From: a virus
Virus record (IMG/VR): IMGVR_UViG_3300032308_002775
Span: 64,001-128,000 of that record
Length of the DNA stretch: 64,000 nt
Reading direction: 5' to 3' (one strand)
Part shown: piece after piece, positions 47,840-56,017 of the stretch
Layout of the letters: the number at the start of each line of letters is the position of its first letter
How positions within the stretch are numbered: position 1 is the stretch's first letter
Position numbers and translations under genes: made by a program
The notes under the pieces: model-generated
What the model saw: only the letters and a program-made list of their open reading frames with translations
Told to the model about the DNA's origin: nothing
The model's database searches: none

Positions 47840-47879
47840 CCTGGACGAGTATACTCAAGGGTGACTCGTTCAGGTTTTT
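47840..47879 (+). terminator. Intrinsic terminator-like hairpin
   Basis: CCTGGACGAGT...ACTCGTTCAGG followed by TTTTT. Confidence 0.55.
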
Positions 47880-47891
47880 AGGAGCGCCGCC

Positions 47892-48116
47892 ATGGCTAAT
47901 GTGGGACACAGCGCCAAGCTGTATCAGGAACGACGTGAGCCGAACTTGCGTGTAACTTTGCGCGGCCCAGGCCCGCAAATTTACCTGCCGGACAACGCGG
48001 CCAATCACCTTAACCTGGAGGCGCCGCTTCCGTTACCGACCCTGCTTGAAGACAACTGCGCGCCCGCTGACGTGAAAACGCAGGTGTGGCCGCACGGAGA
48101 CAAGTATGCCCCGTGA
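47892..48116 (+). CDS. Hypothetical protein
   Basis: SD AGGAG, 74 aa. Confidence 0.55.
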   Translation: MANVGHSAKLYQERREPNLRVTLRGPGPQIYLPDNAANHLNLEAPLPLPTLLEDNCAPADVKTQVWPHGDKYAP

Positions 48117-48307
48117 ATGAAACCTACGATTATGAACGCTTGTTTCTGGTATTTGGAGGCGGCATCGTCGTGGTGTCCGCGATCGCTGTTCTAGGCGGTT
48201 GCCAATCTTTCGGCGATTTTGCTGCCGCGCTATTGGCGGGATACGTTCTGCTGCGCATCACCAACACAATGCGCCAAGAAGACACGCAGTACAGGAGGCG
48301 CCGATGA
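48113..48307 (+). CDS. Small membrane protein (2 TM)
   Basis: GTG start, two hydrophobic segments, basic tail. Confidence 0.55.
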   Translation: MNETYDYERLFLVFGGGIVVVSAIAVLGGCQSFGDFAAALLAGYVLLRITNTMRQEDTQYRRRR

Positions 48308-48711
48308 TTTCGGTTCTCGATTTCTTCGCTGTCGTCATGGCTACCGGCGCCGTAATCGAAGTCTGGCACAAAGGCTCAATCTTCGCCGACCTCCGCGCCA
48401 GGGCGCAGGCTATCCAAGACGTCACCGAGCCGGACACGCTCAAGGGCAAGCTGCTCGAGCTGCTGATGTGCCCTTTCTGCAAGAGCTACCACGTGCCGTT
48501 CTACCTGGGCGTCATGATCTTGCTAGGTGACTGGGCTGGCGCTACGATCGGGGCAGTCGCGCGCCTGCTCGTCTACAGCCTGGCCGCGACGCGCATTTCC
48601 AACATCGTTGACGGGCTATTGCCGCCCAATCTTCAGTACGACCCACCCATTGAAGGAACCACCAGTGGAAAATCAGACGCCGGAGATTCAGTCAGATCGG
48701 CTTCCGTTTGA
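48304..48711 (+). CDS. Membrane protein, DUF1360-like
   Basis: SD AGGAGG. SIFADLR...LLELLMCPFCKSYH plus TM segments. Confidence 0.55.
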   Translation: MISVLDFFAVVMATGAVIEVWHKGSIFADLRARAQAIQDVTEPDTLKGKLLELLMCPFCKSYHVPFYLGVMILLGDWAGATIGAVARLLVYSLAATRISNIVDGLLPPNLQYDPPIEGTTSGKSDAGDSVRSASV

Positions 48712-49048
48712 CGTTCAACTTTTCAAAGCTGCTGACGAGTTCTCCTCGGCTGTCATGAAGGCTGTGCCCGAGCTGCACGGCATCGCCATCGTTCCGATTT
48801 GGAACACGCAGCCCAAAGACACGCCCTCGGGGCTTCTGCGGCTGCGCAATCCGCAACCGCCGTTCGTTGCCAGCCTGCTATCGCTCTTGAAGCGCCTTAC
48901 GGCGTTCAGCGTCGAAGTCCACAAGGACCTCATGAACCAATTCGGCATGTACGACCAGTACGCCGCCGAGTTGTCGCGCCAGATCGCTGCAAAGCAGGAA
49001 GAACTGGCCGCTCCCGCGGCGCCGCAGAGTGAGGACGCGAATGGCTGA
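48665..49048 (+). CDS. Hypothetical protein
   Basis: GTG after AAGGA. MENQTPEIQ... Confidence 0.55.
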   Translation: MENQTPEIQSDRLPFDVQLFKAADEFSSAVMKAVPELHGIAIVPIWNTQPKDTPSGLLRLRNPQPPFVASLLSLLKRLTAFSVEVHKDLMNQFGMYDQYAAELSRQIAAKQEELAAPAAPQSEDANG

Positions 49049-49343
49049 CGACAAGACTCCGACAACCGAGATTACGATTGCCGCAGATAATGAGACGCTG
49101 CGGGATTTGCTCCAGAACCAATACGGCCGCTGCGAAGCGGGCGAAGTTCGCGCTGCGCTCGAGGGACAGTACTCGATCGTCTGGAACGAAGACGAGTTTC
49201 AGACGGCATTCGACCTTGTCGAGACAGCTCCGCCTTACGTCACTGTGGTAAACAAAGAAACCGGACAGCCCGGCACGCTGATCTACGTAGACAGCCCGCG
49301 GTTCTACTTCCTGTTCAACCCCGAGATCAACAATGGCGAATGA
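49041..49343 (+). CDS. Hypothetical protein
   Basis: SD GAGGA. APPYVTV...GTL.Y..SPRFYF motif. Confidence 0.6.
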   Translation: MADDKTPTTEITIAADNETLRDLLQNQYGRCEAGEVRAALEGQYSIVWNEDEFQTAFDLVETAPPYVTVVNKETGQPGTLIYVDSPRFYFLFNPEINNGE

Positions 49344-49797
49344 GGCCAGGCATCATTTCGACACCGGCGCAGTTCGTTCCGCAGACGTCGACGAGGAGCG
49401 TTGGGACCTGATCAGCCCGATTGGTCTGCAAGCGCTTGCCCGCACCTATGCCGAGGGCGCAAGGAAGTTTGGCGCGGCAAACTGGGAGAACGGCATGCCC
49501 GTGACGGATCTACTCAACCACGGCATTGCCCACATCTTCAAGTTCCTGGCTGGCGACCGGGCGGAAGACCATCTGGCCCACGCGGCCTGGAACATTCTGG
49601 GAGCTATCCACTCACTGGAAAAGTGGCCGGAATTAAATGAGGGCCTGCTGCGTGGGCCGGGCTGCACTTGCCCACCCGCAGCCGCCACGCCCGCGGCCAA
49701 TGGCGACAATCCAAAGATATCTTTGGGACCAGACGAGGTTCGCCAAAGGCTGGAGCAACTCGCGAAGAAGCCGCCAGCCTACGGCAGCTCGACCTGA
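49333..49797 (+). CDS. dATP/dGTP diphosphohydrolase-like (DUF5664)
   Basis: FDTGAVRS...RWDLISP...GARKFGAANWENGMP...EDHLAHAAWN. Confidence 0.85.
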   Translation: MANEARHHFDTGAVRSADVDEERWDLISPIGLQALARTYAEGARKFGAANWENGMPVTDLLNHGIAHIFKFLAGDRAEDHLAHAAWNILGAIHSLEKWPELNEGLLRGPGCTCPPAAATPAANGDNPKISLGPDEVRQRLEQLAKKPPAYGSST

Positions 49798-49833
49798 TCG
49801 CTCGCGCGGCCCGCAGCTCTGATTGCAGACCTG

Positions 49834-49903
49834 TTTTCACAGCATTAAGTGAAACATTTTCCTGGCGCCCTTGTTTCTTGCGTTTCACAGATTACTGTGG
49901 AAC
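49834..49903. promoter_or_regulatory. TTTCAC-N8-GTGAAA inverted repeats, copies 3 and 4
   Basis: TTTTCAC-AGCATTAA-GTGAAAC (49834-49855) and GTTTCAC-AGATTACT-GTGGAAC (49882-49903) in an AT-rich intergenic region. Confidence 0.65.
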
Positions 49904-49982
49904 GGAATTCGCCGCTGCGCACTAGAGTGCGCGGCTATCTCACGCAACCATGAAGGTTTTTTCTCGTAAGCGGAGTTCTTCC

Positions 49983-50363
49983 ATGCCCTTCAAGACCTAC
50001 CGGCCCAGCAAGTCCGACCAGGCACGCGCCGTCGCTGCTCAACTCAAAGCCGAAGGCAAACCCGTCCGACCGAAGACGGTGCTCGAGATTCTCGCCAAGC
50101 GCGGCGTCGTGATGGATCCCGGCCAATGCTCAAAGCTCACCGGCGAGTTCTGTAAGCGCCGCAAGCGCACCTGGACGCGCCGCGCCTCGAAGGTCCGGAC
50201 AGTGTCCAGCAACAACGGAGCGGCCAACGTCTGCGCCCCTGTTAAGACCTACAAGCACCTAGAGCTTGCCGCCGCGTTCGCCCAAAGTTGCGGCAGCGTT
50301 CACAAAGCGCAGCAGGCGCTAGCCGATCTGGCCACGATCGTCGAACCGTTTGTCAAGTCCTGA
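49983..50363 (+). CDS. Basic DNA-binding protein, paralog A
   Basis: SKSDQARAV...VRPKTVLEILAKRGVVM and LELAAAFAQSCGSVHKAQQAL. SD GGAG. Confidence 0.55.
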   Translation: MPFKTYRPSKSDQARAVAAQLKAEGKPVRPKTVLEILAKRGVVMDPGQCSKLTGEFCKRRKRTWTRRASKVRTVSSNNGAANVCAPVKTYKHLELAAAFAQSCGSVHKAQQALADLATIVEPFVKS

Positions 50364-50367
50364 TCTG

Positions 50368-50389
50368 ATTTCACACATCACCGTAAAAT
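50368..50389. promoter_or_regulatory. TTTCAC-N8-GTGAAA-like repeat, copy 5
   Basis: ATTTCAC-ACATCACC-GTAAAAT, just 5' of SD GAGGA. Confidence 0.45.
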
Positions 50390-50407
50390 ATCCCCAGAGG
50401 ACCAGCT

Positions 50408-51142
50408 ATGTCTGACACCGAAGTCGACCCCATCTGGGACACCACCGAGCCGTTTGCCGAGCAGGCGCGCCCGGAACCAAAGTTGTCCAGGAAGAAAAAG
50501 TCCGGCACGGAGGCCGAAATCGTTCTGCCCGAAACCGACGAGCTGCCAGAGCCTGTAGAACCAGGCGAGCTAATCGACGGATCGGAGGACGACATTTCCG
50601 CGCTTGAGGAACAGGACCCCACTGTTCCAATCGAGGTCGCTGTTGACCTCGAAGACCGTGCCCGTGGCAACGCCGAAAAGGCGGCTGCCCGAAAGAGGAG
50701 TGAACCCATGTCCGAGAAGACCAAGACCAAGGCCGAATGGATCCGCGACGAGATCGCCCAGCGCAAGGCCGACGGCGTCGAAACCATCCGCCCCCGCGAC
50801 ATCATCGCGGCGCTGGCGGAGAAGGGCGTCAAGGTCACGGCGCCCCAGGTCAGCGTGACCCTGCGCGATTTCGACAAGCCGAAGGCGGCCAAGCCCGCGA
50901 AGACCATCAAGGCGGGCAAGCTGGTTGCGGCAACCAAGGCTGCTGAGAAGGCCAAGTCCCGGGAGCCCAAGCGGGCCACGGCACGGCTCAGCGCCGTTTC
51001 GGCAAAGCAGGCGCCCGCGGCCAACAAGCCGTCCTACGAGGCGCTGGAGGCCACGGCTGAGTTCGTGAAGACCAACGGCGGCCTGGAGACGGCGCGCCAG
51101 CTGCTCGATGCCTACGCGAAGTTGTTCAACCCGGCGGGCTGA
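50408..51142 (+). CDS. Basic DNA-binding / nucleoid-associated-like protein, paralog B
   Basis: TKAEWIRDEI...IRPRDIIAALAEKGVKVTAPQVS, K/A-rich linker, LEATAEFVKTNGGLETARQLL. Acidic N-terminal extension, internal SD plus ATG at 50708. Confidence 0.6.
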   Translation: MSDTEVDPIWDTTEPFAEQARPEPKLSRKKKSGTEAEIVLPETDELPEPVEPGELIDGSEDDISALEEQDPTVPIEVAVDLEDRARGNAEKAAARKRSEPMSEKTKTKAEWIRDEIAQRKADGVETIRPRDIIAALAEKGVKVTAPQVSVTLRDFDKPKAAKPAKTIKAGKLVAATKAAEKAKSREPKRATARLSAVSAKQAPAANKPSYEALEATAEFVKTNGGLETARQLLDAYAKLFNPAG

Positions 51143-51286
51143 GAGTCCTTCCTGTCGCCTGCGCGGCCGGTGTCCGGCGCGTGTCACCACACGTCTGCCC
51201 CACCCGGCCCGGCTCCGCAGGTCCTCAAATTCGGGCGCGCTGCCCAACCGCGCGGCTTATCTGGCCGCGCCGCCCACGGAGGTTCT

Positions 51287-51568
51287 ATGCCTACAGCCTG
51301 CCCCCTGCGCCCTCGTCGCGCCTATCAGGCCATGACGATGCCCGCGGGGACCATCAAACGTATTCATGTGAACCAGCACATTATCAAGGCCAACGTCTCC
51401 AACCAGACCGACGACCAAGCGGTCACCGTCCAGTGGCGCGGCAAGAGCTACATCGGCCGCGACGTCCAGATCAAGGGCGCCAGCACCGTGATGCAGCGCA
51501 TGGCCAAACCGCTTTCCTGCGGCGCCCGCATCTGGATCGAGACCCGCGCCGAAGTGGAAATCCTATGA
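51287..51568 (+). CDS. Conserved phage hypothetical protein
   Basis: KRIHVNQHIIKAN...KPLSCGARIWIET. SD GGAGG. Confidence 0.7.
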   Translation: MPTACPLRPRRAYQAMTMPAGTIKRIHVNQHIIKANVSNQTDDQAVTVQWRGKSYIGRDVQIKGASTVMQRMAKPLSCGARIWIETRAEVEIL

Positions 51569-51879
51569 GTCGCTATCACGAGACCCAGCGCGACGAGGAC
51601 CTCGGCAGCCTGACTAACGCGCTGCAGTACCTCGACCAGATTCGCGCTACCTTTGGCGACGTGCTCGCCATTCCCGAAGTGATCACGATCCAGGACGTCA
51701 TGGCCATCGCCCTGGACACGACCAAGGGACCCCAGCTCATCGGCGACGTCTGCAGCCGCGACGAGATCGTCCATATCCTCCGGTCCTTCGCCGACAACCC
51801 GTGCGGCGACCCGGCCCTGATTGCGCAGTACGCGCTCAACGACTATCGCGAAACCCAAAAACTCACCAACAAGGAGTAA
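51565..51879 (+). CDS. Hypothetical protein
   Basis: ATGA overlap. MSRYHETQ... Confidence 0.6.
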   Translation: MSRYHETQRDEDLGSLTNALQYLDQIRATFGDVLAIPEVITIQDVMAIALDTTKGPQLIGDVCSRDEIVHILRSFADNPCGDPALIAQYALNDYRETQKLTNKE

Positions 51880-51882
51880 CGC

Positions 51883-52245
51883 ATGAGCCACATCGTGCAG
51901 ATTAAGACGGAAGTGAAGGATGAAATGGCGGTCCGCGCCGCCTGCCTGCGCCTCAAGTGGGAGCAGCCCGTGTTTGGCAAGCACCGCGTATTCAGCGTCG
52001 ACCGCGAAGGCCTCGGGGTGACGATTCCCGGCTGGCACTTCCCGGTCGTCGTCAACATGTCGACCGGCGCGCTCGACTACGACAACTACAACGGCCACTG
52101 GGGCGAGCAGAAGCTGCTCGATCAGTTTCTCCAGGCCTATACGATCGAGAAGGCCAAGCTCGAGGCGCAGAAGATGGGTCACTCGGTGTATGAAGAGCCG
52201 ATGGCCGATGGTTCGATCAAGCTCACCGTCACCGTGGAGGCCTGA
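51883..52245 (+). CDS. DUF1257 / Ycf35-like protein
   Basis: MSHIVQIKTEVKD...YDNYNGHWG...FLQAY...GHSVYEEPMADGSIKLTV. Confidence 0.8.
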   Translation: MSHIVQIKTEVKDEMAVRAACLRLKWEQPVFGKHRVFSVDREGLGVTIPGWHFPVVVNMSTGALDYDNYNGHWGEQKLLDQFLQAYTIEKAKLEAQKMGHSVYEEPMADGSIKLTVTVEA

Positions 52246-52250
52246 CCAAC

Positions 52251-52442
52251 ATGACCAAGATCATCGAAATCATTGTTTCCCCCAAGGGCGAAACCAAGCT
52301 CGAGACCAAGGGCTTTGCGGGCAACAGCTGCCAGGAAGCCACGCGAGCCCTCGAGGCTGCGCTGGGCGCCAAGACCGACGAATCCCTGACCGGTGAGTAT
52401 TACACCGAGGTCAACACCAACCAGCTCGACGTCCAGAACTAA
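52251..52442 (+). CDS. DUF2997-like protein
   Basis: IEIIVSPKGETKLETKGFAGNSCQEATRALEAALG...LTGEYY. Confidence 0.8.
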   Translation: MTKIIEIIVSPKGETKLETKGFAGNSCQEATRALEAALGAKTDESLTGEYYTEVNTNQLDVQN

Positions 52443-52451
52443 GGAGACCCG

Positions 52452-53945
52452 ATGAATCTTTCCCAGCAGATCAAGGAACTCGTGTGCGCGGGCTTCAGCG
52501 GCATCTGGGTCGACACTCAGGAGTCGGACGACGCCGTGGCCACCGTCAAGAAGCTCTGCGAGGAGCGGGACTGGGGCTTTGAGGTCTGGGACCTCGACCG
52601 CCAGCTCTGCGTCCACAACGCCACGCCCGCTCCCGGCCCTGTCCAGGCGCTCCGCTGGCTCGACACGCCGGACGCGCGGGCCAAGAGCACGCAGCTCCTG
52701 CTGCTCAAGAACTTCCACAAGTATCTGCCCAACCCCGAGGTGATGCAGGTCCTCCAAAACCGCGTTATTACCGGCAAGGCGATCGGCCAGCACGTGATCG
52801 TGATGAGCCCCGTGCTCCAGCTCCAGCCGGAGATCGAGAAGCTTTTCACGATCGTTCACCACGAGCTGCCGGACCGCGCGCAGCTCACGACGATTGCCAA
52901 CGAACTGTTCACCGGCGAGGGCAACACGTTCGAAAAGCCCGCCGACGAGGTGATCGCTAGCGTGATCGACGCCGCCAGCGGGATGACCCGTCTGGAGGCC
53001 GAGAACGCGTTTGCGCTCTCGCTGGTCCGGCACAACACCCTGAGCCCGGACGTGATCTGGAATCTCAAAGCGCAAACCCTGGAGAAGGCTGGCACCCTGG
53101 CCCTCTACCGGGGCGACGCCAGCTTCGACGGCCTGGGCGGCCTCGATAACCTGAAGCAGTTTTGCCTGCGCGCCATGAAGCGCCAGGGCGAGGCTGACCC
53201 CGAGCGCCGTCCTCGCGGCGTGCTCCTGCTCTCGCCTCCGGGCTGCGGCAAGTCGCAGTTCGCCAAGGCGCTGGGCAACGAGGTCGGGCGACCCACAGTC
53301 GTCCTCGACTTCGGCGCGCTGATGGGCAAGTTTGTCGGCGAGTCGGAGGGCAACATCCGCCGGGCGCTCGCCCTGGTGGACGCGATGGCGCCCTGCATCC
53401 TGTTTGCCGACGAGATCGAGAAGGCGCTCTCCGGCGTGGGCAGCTCGGGTCAGACCGACTCGGGCGTCACGGCGCGCCTCTTCGGCACGTTCCTCACGTG
53501 GCTCAACGACCACAAGTCTGACGTGTTCTTCATCGGCACCTGCAATGACGCCAGCAAGCTCCCGCCCGAGTTCACTCGTGCGGAGCGCTTCGACGGCGTG
53601 TTCTTTGTTGACCTGCCGACGGCCGACGCCCGAAACTACATCTGGGACCTGTATCTCAAGAAGTTTGGCCTGGACAAGAACCAGGCCCGCCCGGACGACA
53701 CGAACTGGACCGGCGCCGAGATCAAGAGCTGCTGCCGCTTGGCGGCGTTGCTCGACGTCTCGCTCATCGAGGCCGCGTTCAACGTGGTGCCGGTGGCTGT
53801 GACCAACGCCGAGGCGATCACCAACCTGCGCACGTGGGCTGACGGCCGTTGCCTGTCCGCCGACAACAAGGGTTATTTCAAGAAGGCCGCCGTGAAGGCC
53901 AACGAGCCTGGCACCCGCCGTCGGGTTGCGCCCAGTTCTAACTGA
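52452..53945 (+). CDS. AAA+ ATPase, Ycf46-like
   Basis: Degenerate N-terminal AAA domain (LKNFHKYL). Walker A SPPGCGKS, Walker B ILFADEIEK, SRH LPPEFTRAERFD. Confidence 0.9.
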   Translation: MNLSQQIKELVCAGFSGIWVDTQESDDAVATVKKLCEERDWGFEVWDLDRQLCVHNATPAPGPVQALRWLDTPDARAKSTQLLLLKNFHKYLPNPEVMQVLQNRVITGKAIGQHVIVMSPVLQLQPEIEKLFTIVHHELPDRAQLTTIANELFTGEGNTFEKPADEVIASVIDAASGMTRLEAENAFALSLVRHNTLSPDVIWNLKAQTLEKAGTLALYRGDASFDGLGGLDNLKQFCLRAMKRQGEADPERRPRGVLLLSPPGCGKSQFAKALGNEVGRPTVVLDFGALMGKFVGESEGNIRRALALVDAMAPCILFADEIEKALSGVGSSGQTDSGVTARLFGTFLTWLNDHKSDVFFIGTCNDASKLPPEFTRAERFDGVFFVDLPTADARNYIWDLYLKKFGLDKNQARPDDTNWTGAEIKSCCRLAALLDVSLIEAAFNVVPVAVTNAEAITNLRTWADGRCLSADNKGYFKKAAVKANEPGTRRRVAPSSN

Positions 53946-53969
53946 TAGATATCTATTGAGTTCCCCCTG

Positions 53970-53995
53970 GGCGCGACTGTGTAGTCTCGCCTTTT
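53970..53995 (+). terminator. GTGT-loop hairpin with T-tract
   Basis: GGCGCGACT-GTGT-AGTCTCGCC-TTTT. Confidence 0.55.
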
Positions 53996-54008
53996 CTCAG
54001 GAGACCCC

Positions 54009-54971
54009 ATGAGCACAACTCTCGACGAAGCCCCGCCAGAAATTCCGGCGGGCGACGGCGCGCCAGTCGCCGAGGCCGCGCAGGAAATGCGCGCTTCGAT
54101 GGGCGCCGTCGAGCTGCGTTTCACCTGGCTCGGAACCCAGCGCAAGCTGGCCGACAGCCAGACCCGGCAGGCGGCCGACACCTTCCACGCCGATGCCAAG
54201 AGCGTCAGGGCCAGCAAGGTCCTCATTGACGCCAAGCACCCGGCGTATCGTGCGGCCACCGTCATTCGCAGTCAGGCCCGGGGTTTTCTCCGCGGTATCA
54301 GTCTGCCTTATCCGCAGGAAGGCATCCGCCTGATCAAGTACGACGACATCTCGCGCTTCGAGGCGCAGATGCTGGAGTTTCGCGAACGGCTCGACAATGC
54401 CGTGGCGACGCTCCAGGAACACTACGACGCGATCAAGGCCGACGCCCGCGAGCGGCTGGGCGACCTCTACAACGCGGCCGACTACCCGGCCAGCTTGGAG
54501 GGCGTGTTCAGTCTCACCTGGGATTATCCCAGCATCGAGCCGCCGGAGTACCTGCTCAACTACAACCCGGGGCTGTACCGGCAGCAGCAGGCGCGCGTTC
54601 AGGAGCGTTTCGAGCAGGCCGTGGTCCTGGCCGAAAACGCCTTTGGCGAGCGGCTCCAGGAACTGATCGACCACCTGCTCGAGCGGCTGCGGGGCGTGGA
54701 GACGGGCGAAGCCAAGCGGTTCAGTAACTCGACCGTGGAAAACTTCGCCGAGTTTGCCGCCGAGTTCCGCCGGATGAACATCCGCGGAAACACCCAGCTG
54801 GAAAGCCTGATCAACCAGGCGCAGTCGATTGTGTCCGGCGTCGACTCCAAAGCCATCAAGGCCAACGGAGACCTTCGTCAGACGTTGTCGACTCAAATGG
54901 GTGAAGTGCGCGACGCGCTTGATACGATCCTGGCCAACCAGCCTCGGCGCCGCGTCATGCGGATGGACTGA
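54009..54971 (+). CDS. DUF3150-like helical protein
   Basis: ASKVLID...LPYPQEGIRLI...RLGDLYNAADYP...FAAEFRRMN. SD AGGAG. Confidence 0.55.
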   Translation: MSTTLDEAPPEIPAGDGAPVAEAAQEMRASMGAVELRFTWLGTQRKLADSQTRQAADTFHADAKSVRASKVLIDAKHPAYRAATVIRSQARGFLRGISLPYPQEGIRLIKYDDISRFEAQMLEFRERLDNAVATLQEHYDAIKADARERLGDLYNAADYPASLEGVFSLTWDYPSIEPPEYLLNYNPGLYRQQQARVQERFEQAVVLAENAFGERLQELIDHLLERLRGVETGEAKRFSNSTVENFAEFAAEFRRMNIRGNTQLESLINQAQSIVSGVDSKAIKANGDLRQTLSTQMGEVRDALDTILANQPRRRVMRMD

Positions 54972-56017
54972 TGGATCCGGCCGCCAAGATTCTCGACCCG
55001 ATGATGCCCGACCTTGCGAATCCTCCCCAGGTTCGCAAGCGTCGGGCACCGAAACACGATTTCAAGGACGGCAAGGGCCGTGTATTTGCGCATCGTCACG
55101 ACAACGGCGGCGGTTGGGTTGCCGACACGGCCTGGGTAGCGCCGACAGCGAAGGTCACACGCAACGCCCAGGTTTTCGACTACGCCCGCGTTCACGACAA
55201 CTGCGAGATTACCGGCCAAGCCCGCGTCTTCAACCGCGCGCGGCTCTTCGATAGCGTTGTACTCTCGCAGCGCGCTGCCGTACATGGCCTCGCCATGGTG
55301 CGCAACAGCGCCACAGTCAAAGACAACTGCCAGATCTTCGGCAGTGCGCATGTGTGCGGTAACACCCACCTAAACAACAACGTGCACATCTATGACCACG
55401 CCGTAGTTATCAATTCCAATCTTTGCGGTCCGCGCCGCCAAGACTTTTTTGGCGTTGTTCGTGGCGCCGCGCGCGTGCTTAATTCGCGGTTTCACAACTG
55501 GTTCTCTGTGAGCGATGCAAGTTTGCTTGAAAACGCGCACATCCAGAACGTTGTAACGACATACTCAGCGCGTGTTGTCAATTCGTCCGTGTTCACCAAC
55601 ATTTCGTGGACTTACCACTCGTGGCTCAACGGACAGATCAAAGACCTACCAGAGAATCACGCGCCATACAACGCAGATTCAGTGATTCAGGTGGTTGGTA
55701 CCGTTATCAACTCCGCCATCAACACCACGCCTTGGCGAGTCCATGAGCGCGCGCAGTTTGTAAATTGCACACTTATGTGCGCAATGACCGGCCTGCCAAC
55801 CGACAACACAGCGTTGCACGACGTGTTAGACCCGTTTGACCGCGCTATGGTGGGCGCGGAAGCGCGGCAGCTAGAAGCTATTACCAACGCGGTAAACCGA
55901 ATCATGAATCCGGCAGCCGTTGCGGCAACAGCGCCAATCCCGGCCATCGCCGCGCGTGGAGAAGCCAACTTCGAAGCTGTGCGCCAGCGCCGCATCATGC
56001 GGATGGAGGAAACGTGA
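54971..56017 (+). CDS. Hexapeptide-repeat (left-handed beta-helix) protein
   Basis: GGWVADTAWVAPTAKVTRNAQVFDYARVHDNCEITGQARVFNRARLFD repeats. Confidence 0.75.
   Translation: MDPAAKILDPMMPDLANPPQVRKRRAPKHDFKDGKGRVFAHRHDNGGGWVADTAWVAPTAKVTRNAQVFDYARVHDNCEITGQARVFNRARLFDSVVLSQRAAVHGLAMVRNSATVKDNCQIFGSAHVCGNTHLNNNVHIYDHAVVINSNLCGPRRQDFFGVVRGAARVLNSRFHNWFSVSDASLLENAHIQNVVTTYSARVVNSSVFTNISWTYHSWLNGQIKDLPENHAPYNADSVIQVVGTVINSAINTTPWRVHERAQFVNCTLMCAMTGLPTDNTALHDVLDPFDRAMVGAEARQLEAITNAVNRIMNPAAVAATAPIPAIAARGEANFEAVRQRRIMRMEET

Noticed and set aside
48113-48711. Holin/lysis cassette
   Set aside because: Small membrane proteins are present, but no endolysin or spanin is recognisable nearby.
49333-49797. 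2-aminoadenine (Z) genome
   Set aside because: No PurZ or associated polymerase is in the window, and DUF5664 alone is insufficient.
49834-49903. True parS sites or recombinase crossover sites
   Set aside because: parS has no spacer. The 8-nt spacers differ between copies and no recombinase is visible, so these are kept only as an operator-like motif.
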